This document shows, one piece after another, positions 7,079 through 14,412 of a DNA stretch of 16,014 nucleotides. Position numbers and translations under genes: made by a program. Under the pieces are notes generated by a model. It worked only from the letters and a program-made list of their open reading frames with translations. It did not search any database and was not told the DNA's origin. The stretch is from an uncultured bacterium (GTDB lineage Bacteria; Abyssobacteria; SURF-5). The DNA lies in assembly GCA_964510165.1 (NCBI GenBank), contig CAZEBC010000086.1, positions 1 through 16,014 of the forward strand, written 5' to 3'. Every line of letters starts with the position of its first letter. The first letter of the stretch is position 1.

Positions 7079-8755
7079 ATGGAAAAGCGGATTGAATCGA
7101 AAATAAAAGAGAAGCTGGTGGAGGCGTTTGAGCGGGCGATGGGCGACGGAACCCTCGCCCTCGAATCGGTTCCGGAGATTTACCTGGAGACGCCCGCCAA
7201 TCCGGAGCATGGCGATTTCGCGACGAATTGTTCGCTTCAACTCGCGCGCACGCTTCGGATGCCGCCGATGAAGATCGCCGGCATAATCATTGACCATATA
7301 GACCGGAAGGACGCGCTGTTTGAGAAAGTGGTGGCCGCGCCGCCGGGGTTCATTAACTTCTATCTCAAGGAGGAGGCCGTCAGCGAGGTGGTGAAGCGGG
7401 TCTTGGCCGAGGGCGACCGCTACGGCGGCTCGAGTGTCGGCCGTGGCAGGAAGATCAATGTTGAGTTCGTGAGCAGCAACCCGACGGGCCCGCTCACGAT
7501 CGGGCACGGCAGGCAGGCGACGATTGGCGACGTGCTCTCGAATGCGTTGAGCTTCTGCGGTTATGACGTGACGCGCGAGTACTATTACAATGATGCCGGC
7601 AAACAGATGGATATGCTGGCGCGTTCGGTGCATGCGCGCTATCAGCAGATATTCGAGCCTTCGTATCCGTTTCCCGACGAGGGTTACAGGGGCGATTATA
7701 TCCGCGACATCGCGCAGGATATCCGCAAGAGCGAAGACGACAAGTTTAAGGGAAAAGAAGACAGGGACACGATCGATTTCTTCCGCCAGTTCGCCGTCAA
7801 GGAGATGATCGCCGTGATCGACCGCGACCTGAAGAATTATGGCGTGAAGTTTGATGTGTGGTCACTGGAGTCGGCGCTCTACAAAGAGGGCAAGGTGGAA
7901 CGCGCAATCAAGCTCTTGCGCGAGCGGGGCCATATTTACGAACAGGATGGCGCGGTGTGGTTCCGCAGTTCGACGTTTGGCGACGAGAAGGACCGCGTCA
8001 TCGTGCGCAGCAACGGCCAATTTACGTATTTCGCGGGCGATATCGCGTATCACATGGACAAACGCGAGCGCGGGTTTGACCGCGCGATAGACATTTGGGG
8101 CGCCGACCATCACGGTTACGTGCCTCGCATGAAGGCCGTCGTCAAGGCGCTCGGCTGTCCCGACGATTTCCTCGAGTGCATCGTGCATCAGATGGTCAGC
8201 TTCGTGCGCGACGGGCAGGAGATAAAGATGTCCACTCGCGCCGGCGAGTTCGTCACGCTGGACGAGCTTGTGCGCGAGGTGGGGCTTGCAGTCGCGCGGT
8301 TTTTCTTCCTGATGCGAAGCGCCGACAGCCATCTCGTGTTTGACCTCGACCTCGCGAAAAAAGAGTCGAATGAGAACCCTGTGTACTATATTCAGTACGC
8401 GCACGCGCGCATCAGCAGCATCATGAAGCACGCGAGAGAAAAGAACGTCGACCTCGGCCGCCTGCATGACGCCGACCTGTCGCTCCTTACGGAGCCCGAG
8501 GAGATTGACCTCATGAAGTATCTCACGCGGTTCCCATCGGTCGTGGAGGCCGCCGCCGAGAGCCGCGAGGTGCACCGGATTCCGAATTTCATCCAGGATG
8601 CGGTCGGCCTGTTGCATGCCTATTACAACAAGCACAGGGTGGTTGGGGACGATGAGCGGCTGACGCTGGCGCGACTGGCGCTGGTCGAGGCCGTGCGCCA
8701 AGTGGTGAGGAACGCGCTGCGCCTCTTGGGGATCGAGGCCCCGGAGAGGATGTAA
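7079..8755 (+). CDS. argS: Arginine--tRNA ligase
   Basis: Motifs HGDFATN, PGFINF, VEFVSSNPTGPLTIGHGR (HIGH-like), REYYYNDAG.Q, WGADHHGY, KMSTRAG and NPVYYIQYAHAR; C-terminal LLGIEAPERM. Confidence 0.98.
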   Translation: MEKRIESKIKEKLVEAFERAMGDGTLALESVPEIYLETPANPEHGDFATNCSLQLARTLRMPPMKIAGIIIDHIDRKDALFEKVVAAPPGFINFYLKEEAVSEVVKRVLAEGDRYGGSSVGRGRKINVEFVSSNPTGPLTIGHGRQATIGDVLSNALSFCGYDVTREYYYNDAGKQMDMLARSVHARYQQIFEPSYPFPDEGYRGDYIRDIAQDIRKSEDDKFKGKEDRDTIDFFRQFAVKEMIAVIDRDLKNYGVKFDVWSLESALYKEGKVERAIKLLRERGHIYEQDGAVWFRSSTFGDEKDRVIVRSNGQFTYFAGDIAYHMDKRERGFDRAIDIWGADHHGYVPRMKAVVKALGCPDDFLECIVHQMVSFVRDGQEIKMSTRAGEFVTLDELVREVGLAVARFFFLMRSADSHLVFDLDLAKKESNENPVYYIQYAHARISSIMKHAREKNVDLGRLHDADLSLLTEPEEIDLMKYLTRFPSVVEAAAESREVHRIPNFIQDAVGLLHAYYNKHRVVGDDERLTLARLALVEAVRQVVRNALRLLGIEAPERM

Positions 8756-8759
8756 CAAT

Positions 8760-8801
8760 TAGGTCCAAAGTCGAAGGTTCGAGGTTCAGGGTTTAGGGTT
8801 G
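8760..8801 (+). repeat. Heptamer tandem array, 6 units
   Basis: TAGGTCC AAAGTCG AAGGTTC GAGGTTC AGGGTTT AGGGTTG, starting 4 nt after the argS stop. Confidence 0.75.
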
Positions 8802-8887
8802 AAAGGCGGCTTCACGAAGCAACCAATCAATCGTTTCCTCTTGCCTTTCCCCTTTCGGCTCCGCTTTTCTTGAAAGGCGCGACTGAA

Positions 8888-8916
8888 TTGAAATTAGTCT
8901 CTGAATCTGATATAGT
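8888..8916 (+). promoter_or_regulatory. sigma70 promoter of the DUF362-AOR operon
   Basis: TTGAAA (8888-8893), 17-nt spacer, TATAGT (8911-8916) with TGn extension, in an AT-rich patch. Confidence 0.7.
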
Positions 8917-9005
8917 GCAATTAGTGGTTTTCCTGCCTTTCAGAGAAAATCAATCTCCCGAAACAAGAAACTGGGGAATAGCATCCTTACATAGGGAGGC
9001 CGGCT

Positions 9006-10358
9006 ATGCCATCTAAGGTTTACTACATGGACGACCGCGCCAAGGCGATTCAGGACAGCCTTGTCGCGAAGATGCTCACGGTGTTCGAGGCGGCAGGGCT
9101 TCAGAACACGATCTCGCCCGGCGACGTGGTCGCGATCAAGCTGCACATGGGCGAGTACAACAACACCGCGTACCTGCGGCCGGTATACGTGCGCGCGCTG
9201 GTGGACAAGGTGAAGTCGCTCGGCGGCGAGCCAATGGTGGTTGACACCACGACGCTTCCCTACACGCCGTTCGCGCACCGGGCGACCGCGCTCGATCACC
9301 TGCACACCATCGAGCGGAACGGGTTCACGTCGGCCACGGTTGGCTGCCCGATCGTGATCGGCGACGGCTACCTTGGCTCGGACGACGTGCGGGTTGACCT
9401 GCCGGAAGGCTTCGTCCTCAAGGAGCAATACGTCGCGATGGCGATAGCGCAGGCCGACGCGATGATCGCGCTCACGCACTTCAAGGGGCATCCGATGGGC
9501 GTGTACGGCGGCGCCATCAAGAACATCGGCGTCGGCTGCGCCTCCAAACGCGGCAAGTACAACCTCCACATGGGACTGCATCCGAAGTATGGTCTCAACG
9601 CGCGGCCGTTCTATCCCCAATTGTGCAAGGGATCAGAGTGTACAAGCGCGCTGCTGTGCAACAACATTTGCCCCGAGGACTCGCTGCACGTAACGGAGAA
9701 GGGCATCACGTGGCAGCGGGAGAAGTGCACGGGCTGCCAGGCGTGTTTCGGCATCTTGGTGCTGTGCGGAGTGGGCTTCATTCCCGACGACCATTTCGAC
9801 GTGGGCGCCGCGGCGATGGCTGACAGCGCGCTCGCTGTGATGAAGACGTTCAAGCCGGGGAAAGTCGGGTTCATCAATATGGCGATAGACATGTCGCCGT
9901 GGTGCGACTGCGTGAGCTTCAGCGATCGCGCGTTCCTGCCCAACCTCGGCGTGTTCTCCTCGATGGACCCCGTCGCGCTCGATGTCGCCTGTCTCGACAT
10001 GGCAACCAACACAATGGGAATCCCCGGCTCAATGGCCGAAGACAAGGGAGTGCTTGAGCCTGGGATGCGCAAGATGACCTCGTGCGGTTCGGTCATCGGC
10101 GTGGATGAAATGATACAGCCGAACACGGCGGAGAAGATAGGCCTGGGAACAAAGGAATACGAACTCATCACGGTTCCTCAGCCGGAGGACGTGCTGCCGT
10201 TCCTGCCTACGATGAAACCGGTCGGGCTGAGGCTCAGGCCGTTGTTAAAACTCCAACATGTGGTGCCTGAGGGCGGCTTTAAGAGAGCGGAAGAGGTTGA
10301 CCTAGAGGAGGTAAGAGGACATGGCGTTGGGATACATGGGAAAACTCATTCGAGCTAA
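9006..10358 (+). CDS. DUF362 family protein with an internal ferredoxin-like (probably 2x[4Fe-4S]) domain
   Basis: RBS GGGAGG. Motifs VAIKLHMGE.NN..Y.RP, DTTTL, HFKGH..G.YGGAIKNIGVGCASK.GK, PWCDC and S.DPVALD.AC.D. Cys cluster C-x4-C-x5-C-x3-CP and C-x2-C-x2-C-x6-C at 9624-9767. Confidence 0.85.
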   Translation: MPSKVYYMDDRAKAIQDSLVAKMLTVFEAAGLQNTISPGDVVAIKLHMGEYNNTAYLRPVYVRALVDKVKSLGGEPMVVDTTTLPYTPFAHRATALDHLHTIERNGFTSATVGCPIVIGDGYLGSDDVRVDLPEGFVLKEQYVAMAIAQADAMIALTHFKGHPMGVYGGAIKNIGVGCASKRGKYNLHMGLHPKYGLNARPFYPQLCKGSECTSALLCNNICPEDSLHVTEKGITWQREKCTGCQACFGILVLCGVGFIPDDHFDVGAAAMADSALAVMKTFKPGKVGFINMAIDMSPWCDCVSFSDRAFLPNLGVFSSMDPVALDVACLDMATNTMGIPGSMAEDKGVLEPGMRKMTSCGSVIGVDEMIQPNTAEKIGLGTKEYELITVPQPEDVLPFLPTMKPVGLRLRPLLKLQHVVPEGGFKRAEEVDLEEVRGHGVGIHGKTHSS

Positions 10359-12174
10359 ACTGTCTGAGGGCAAGGTTCAGGTAGAAGACCTCAACATGGA
10401 CGACGCCCGCGCCTATATCGGCGGCGCCGGCCTCGGAACCAAGATGGTGTATGATGAAGTGCCTCCCTCCGCAGACCCGCTCGGGCCCGAGAACAAAATC
10501 CTGTTCATGACCGGCCCGATCACGGCCACCAAGTTCCCCACGAGCGGGCGGTATGAGGTCTGCACCAAGTCGCCTTTGACCAACATGTGGGTGGACGCAA
10601 GCTCGGCGGGTTACTGGGCGGCCGATTTCAAGAAGGCAGGCTTCGATGGCATCGTGGTCGAAGGCGCCTCGAAGAAGCCGGTGTACCTGTGGGTGACCGA
10701 TGACAAGGCCGAACTGCGTGACGCCTCGAAGCTCTGGGGCAAGGACGCCTTCGAGACGCAGGAAATGATACGGGAAGAAGTCGGCGACAAGAGAGCGTGC
10801 GTTCTTTGCATCGGCCAGGCTGGCGAGAACAAGGTGCTCATTTCCGCCGTGATGAACGACGAGGGCCGGGCCGCCGGACGCGCGGGCGTCGGCGCAGTCA
10901 TGGGATCGAAGATGCTCAAAGCGATCGCGGTCCGCGGCAAGAAATCGGTGAAACTCGCCAATCCCGACATGCTGGGCGAGATGGCGAAGAAGTTCTCGCA
11001 CGAACTCGCGACAAATCCATTACTGGAGCCGATGCGCACGCTCGGCACCGCCGCAAGCATGGATACGGCGTGGATCACGGGCGACATCCCGGTGCAGAAC
11101 TGGCGCAAGGGCTTGTGGAAGGAGGGCTGTGTCAACATCGGCGGCAAGAAGATGGCGGACACGATCCTGCGTCCGCACAAGCCGTGCTACAACTGCCCCA
11201 TCGGCTGCGCGCGCTGGATCAAGATCGAAGATGGTCCGTTCAAGATGGAAGGCCCGGGGCCGGAGTACGAGACGCTGGGATCATTCGGAAGCATGCTGCT
11301 CAACGACAACCTGGAGGCCATCTGCCATCTAAACCATCTGTGCAACGCATACGGTCTGGACACCATCTCGGCCGGCTGTGCGATCTCGTTCGCGATGGAG
11401 GCGTATGAGAACGGCGTCATAACCAAGCAGGACACCGGCGGAGTTGAGCTGAAATGGGGCAATGTGGACGCCATCATCGAGATGACGCATCAGATGGGTC
11501 AGGCAAAGGGCCTCGGCAAGCTGCTCGGGCAGGGCGTCAAGCGCGCCGCCGAGCAACTCGGCAAGGGAAGCGACAAGTACGCAATCCACGTGAAGGGGCT
11601 GGAAGTGCCGATGCACGACCCGCGCGCGTTCCACAGCATGGCAGTGAACTACGCCACCTCGCCGCGAGGCGCGTGCCACCTGCACGGGGCCGCGTTCATT
11701 TACGACATGGGGATTATTGCGCCCGCGTTCGGCGCGACGTACAAGCAGGGCCGCTTCGACAAGAAGGGCAAAGGAATCAACACGAAGGCGGCGCAAGATC
11801 AGGCGTCCATGATCAACTCGCTGGTCGTCTGTCAGTTCTGCGGGCTTGCGCTCGCACCGCTGCATTACGTGGCACTGCTGGGGGCGACGACGGGTCTGGC
11901 ATACCAGACCAAAGAGATACCTCAGATCGCGGAACGGATCACGACGCTCCAGCGCGCATACAGCATCAGGTGCGGAATCTCATCGAAGGATGACATTTTG
12001 CCCGAGCGCCTGCTCACCCCGACCACCGAGGGCGGACATGCCGGAAAGGCCGCCGATCTGGAGAGCCAGTTGGCGGAATACTATGCCGTCCGCGGCTGGA
12101 ACAAGAACGGTGTGCCGACCAAGGAGAAGTTGACTGAGCTCGGCCTTGAATTCGCGATCAAAGACCTGTATTGA
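10321..12174 (+). CDS. aor: Aldehyde:ferredoxin oxidoreductase family (tungsto/molybdopterin) protein
   Basis: Motifs YIGGAGLG, DPLGPEN, KSPLT, GFDGIVVEG, IGQAGEN, GRAAGRAGVGAVMGSK.LKAI, CYNCPIGC, GPEYET, GLDTIS, HDPR, RGACH, SLVVC and YY..RGW..GVP. Confidence 0.95.
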   Translation: MALGYMGKLIRAKLSEGKVQVEDLNMDDARAYIGGAGLGTKMVYDEVPPSADPLGPENKILFMTGPITATKFPTSGRYEVCTKSPLTNMWVDASSAGYWAADFKKAGFDGIVVEGASKKPVYLWVTDDKAELRDASKLWGKDAFETQEMIREEVGDKRACVLCIGQAGENKVLISAVMNDEGRAAGRAGVGAVMGSKMLKAIAVRGKKSVKLANPDMLGEMAKKFSHELATNPLLEPMRTLGTAASMDTAWITGDIPVQNWRKGLWKEGCVNIGGKKMADTILRPHKPCYNCPIGCARWIKIEDGPFKMEGPGPEYETLGSFGSMLLNDNLEAICHLNHLCNAYGLDTISAGCAISFAMEAYENGVITKQDTGGVELKWGNVDAIIEMTHQMGQAKGLGKLLGQGVKRAAEQLGKGSDKYAIHVKGLEVPMHDPRAFHSMAVNYATSPRGACHLHGAAFIYDMGIIAPAFGATYKQGRFDKKGKGINTKAAQDQASMINSLVVCQFCGLALAPLHYVALLGATTGLAYQTKEIPQIAERITTLQRAYSIRCGISSKDDILPERLLTPTTEGGHAGKAADLESQLAEYYAVRGWNKNGVPTKEKLTELGLEFAIKDLY

Positions 12175-12201
12175 GGGTCCAAAGTCCAGGGTTCAGAGTC
12201 C
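12174..12201 (+). repeat. Heptamer tandem array, 4 units
   Basis: AGGGTCC AAAGTCC AGGGTTC AGAGTCC, starting at the A of the AOR stop codon. Confidence 0.75.
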
Positions 12202-12211
12202 GTTTGGGTAT

Positions 12212-12237
12212 GTGGGGGCAGGCGCCGCGCCTGCCCC
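12212..12237 (+). repeat. GTRG-type REP palindrome (copy D)
   Basis: GTG-GGGGCAGGCG-ccg-CGCCTGCCCC, 10-bp stem. Confidence 0.65.
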
Positions 12238-12246
12238 TTGGCTTTT

Positions 12247-12291
12247 CCTTCACCCCAAACCTCTCCCAGCGGGAAAGGGCAGGGTGAGGGG
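12247..12291. repeat. BoxC-like pyrimidine/purine imperfect palindrome
   Basis: CCTTCACCCCAAACCTCTCCC agc GGGAAAGGGCAGGGTGAGGGG. Confidence 0.6.
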
Positions 12292-12322
12292 ATTTGGACG
12301 CGGCTCAACCAGGCTGTAATTC

Positions 12323-12625
12323 ATGAAAGTCACGGTTAATTTCATGGGGACGCTCGCCAGGTATGCGGGCGCTGACTCGGTTACCCTCGAGTTGCCTGAC
12401 GGCGCTCGTTACGGCGACCTGCTCGATGAGTTAGGCCCGCGCTACTGTGGCGGATTCCCCGACAATTGCTGGGACAAGCGGACGAACGAATTCAGGAAAC
12501 CCATCTCGGCGATAGGCTCACGCGGTGATATCGAGTCGCGGGATACGCCGCTTGTCGATAACGAGGAAATCCACATACTGATACCGGTTTCGGGCGGGGC
12601 AAAACCGTCATCGCGAGGAGCGTAG
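12323..12625 (+). CDS. MoaD/ThiS family ubiquitin-like sulfur carrier with an 8-aa extension after GG
   Basis: MKVTVNFMGTLARYAG...LELPDGA.Y.DLL..L...TPL.DNEEIHILIPVSGG then AKPSSRGA*; lies directly downstream of the AOR gene. Confidence 0.85.
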   Translation: MKVTVNFMGTLARYAGADSVTLELPDGARYGDLLDELGPRYCGGFPDNCWDKRTNEFRKPISAIGSRGDIESRDTPLVDNEEIHILIPVSGGAKPSSRGA

Positions 12626-12764
12626 CGACGCGGCAATCCCGAAAGGAACGGCATGTCATTGCGAGGAATGCCGCAATTTACGGGATGACGAAGCAATCTC
12701 GATTGCACACGAGAAACGCCGTCGGGATTGCTTCGGTCGGGCATCCGCCCTCCCTCGCAATGAC
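12606..12764. repeat. CGTC-type REP cluster (two direct units plus one inverted)
   Basis: CGTCATCGCGAG..GCAATCCC (12606-12640), TGTCATTGCGAG..CGAAGCAATCTC (12654-12700), inverted GGGATTGCTTCG..CTCGCAATGAC (12724-12764). Confidence 0.85.
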
Positions 12765-12810
12765 CATCAATTGAGCGACAGGTTGTTGACCCGTGAAAGA
12801 GGAGGACGAT

Positions 12811-13680
12811 GTGGCGACGATACTGGTGACGGGCGGGGCTGGCAGGCTCGGGGCGAACACTGCGTACGGGCTGCGTGAGAAGGGTCACCACGTGCGCGTG
12901 ATGGACATCAAGGCGGCGGACTTTTCTCCGTTCGAGGACCAGGAGGGCTTCGAGGTAATCAAGGGCGACATTCGCGATGCCGCGCTCCTGAAGGAATCGG
13001 CGGCAGGCTGCTCGGCGGTGTTTCATCTCGCCGCCATCCTTCCGCCGGTCAGCGAGAAGGACCGTTCGTTAACCATGTCGGTCAATGTTGACGGGACGAA
13101 GGCAGTCATCGAGGCGTGCAGGCAAGCCGGCTCGATCCCGCTCATCTTCTCGTCTTCGGTCTCCACGTACGGCGACACCTCAAAGGAACAGCCTCCGATT
13201 CGGACGGACCATGCGCAGAAGGCGCTCAACTTCTATCCCGAAAGCAAGATATCGGCGGAAAAACTCGTGAAGGAATCGGGCATACCGTTCACGGTATTGA
13301 GGATAGCAGGCATCGCCGTGCCCGCATTCCTGGACCCGCCCGACCCGTGGCCTTTCACACCGGGGCAGCGGGTGGAGTTCGTCGCGCTCAACGACCTGGT
13401 TACCGCGCTCGTGAACCTTGTGGACAACAAGCGGGCAGTGGGCAAGGTGTTCAATCTTGGTGGCGGCAAATCGTGGCAGGTGCTTGGACGGGAGTATGCC
13501 CGTCGGTATTGCGAGACGCTCGACATCTCGTTCGAGTCGCAGAATTTCTACAAGAAACCTGGCTGGCTGGATTGGTACGACACAACCGAGTCGCAGGAGG
13601 CCCTGAATTACCAGAACACCAGCTTTGATCGCTTCCATGAGATGCTCAAGTCGGCGATGGACGCCGCGCTTGGGGAGTGA
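12811..13680 (+). CDS. NAD(P)-dependent epimerase/dehydratase (extended SDR)
   Basis: GTG at 12811 after GAGGAGG. Rossmann motif ILVTGGAGRLG, plus VFHLAA, VNVDGT, SSSVSTYG, YPESK (YxxxK) and VFNLGGG. Confidence 0.9.
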   Translation: MATILVTGGAGRLGANTAYGLREKGHHVRVMDIKAADFSPFEDQEGFEVIKGDIRDAALLKESAAGCSAVFHLAAILPPVSEKDRSLTMSVNVDGTKAVIEACRQAGSIPLIFSSSVSTYGDTSKEQPPIRTDHAQKALNFYPESKISAEKLVKESGIPFTVLRIAGIAVPAFLDPPDPWPFTPGQRVEFVALNDLVTALVNLVDNKRAVGKVFNLGGGKSWQVLGREYARRYCETLDISFESQNFYKKPGWLDWYDTTESQEALNYQNTSFDRFHEMLKSAMDAALGE

Positions 13681-13695
13681 ATCGTTTCGTTGCAG

Positions 13696-13724
13696 GCGAC
13701 ATTCCTGAACAGTTGTGATAGAAT
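13696..13724 (+). promoter_or_regulatory. Extended -10 promoter
   Basis: GCGACA, 17-nt spacer, TAGAAT with TGn. TGTGATAGAAT is identical to the promoter sequence at 3947-3957. Confidence 0.55.
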
Positions 13725-13759
13725 AAAAGGCGGCCAGTCATGAAGCCGTTGCCGCTTCA

Positions 13760-13875
13760 CGTCATTGCGAGGGAGGAACCCAGTTCCGAGCGAAGCAATC
13801 CCGACAGGTCGCGGTTAGGCAATCGGGATTGCCGCGCTTCGCTGGACCTTTGGTCCGTCACTCGCTCGCAATGAC
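13760..13875. repeat. CGTC-type REP inverted dimer
   Basis: CGTCATTGCGAG..CGAAGCAATCCCGA, spacer, TCGGGATTGC..CTCGCAATGAC. Confidence 0.85.
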
Positions 13876-13928
13876 AAATTGCGACTCCTGAGAAACGATC
13901 GAATCATCCTACAAAGGGGGTTACTACA

Positions 13929-14285
13929 TTGAGTGAACCAGAAGCAAAACAGCATGTGCTGGACAGCATCGAGCGCTGTCGCGAGGCGTTAACGACCCTG
14001 GAGGCCGCCGACAACTCTGCTCTCGGAGGCCACAAGAAGAAGATCGAGGAAGTGGCGCAAACGCTTGAAGGTCTTAAGGAAAAGGTATTCCTGAAGACCA
14101 AAAAGGCGAACACGCCGGCATACCTTGTGGGCGAATCGAGCCAGGCGGTCGCCGATCTTGCCGAGGAGGCAAGCGGCGGCGACGAGGATGCGGTCCGCGA
14201 GCTCGGTGAGGCGGTCGGGCAGTTGAAGGAAAAGGTCGCGGCTCTGGAAGCGGCCTCCAAGCAGCACTCGGTCATTGTGACGTGA
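13929..14285 (+). CDS. Hypothetical alpha-helical / coiled-coil protein, 118 aa
   Basis: TTG start after AAAGGGGG; Glu/Ala/Lys/Leu-rich with amphipathic periodicity; fills the gap on the same strand as its neighbours. Confidence 0.65.
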   Translation: MSEPEAKQHVLDSIERCREALTTLEAADNSALGGHKKKIEEVAQTLEGLKEKVFLKTKKANTPAYLVGESSQAVADLAEEASGGDEDAVRELGEAVGQLKEKVAALEAASKQHSVIVT

Positions 14286-14318
14286 GAATCCCTTGTGAAT
14301 GAGGGCCCGGCCCACCTG

Positions 14319-14361
14319 GCCAAATCGGGGACACCATAACTTATGGTGTCCCCGATTTGGC
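14319..14361. repeat. Perfect 43-bp palindrome (21-bp arms, 1-nt centre)
   Basis: GCCAAATCGGGGACACCATAA c TTATGGTGTCCCCGATTTGGC. Confidence 0.92.
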
Positions 14362-14412
14362 AAATCATAATGCCTCCGATTTAGCCTTGCCACCACGTTG
14401 AAAGGAGAAGCA

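Noticed and set aside
8920..9005. Moco/tungsten-cofactor riboswitch in the DUF362-AOR leader
   Set aside because: The leader is only about 85 nt with weak hairpins, and I could not match the Moco RNA multi-stem architecture. An Rfam scan would settle it.
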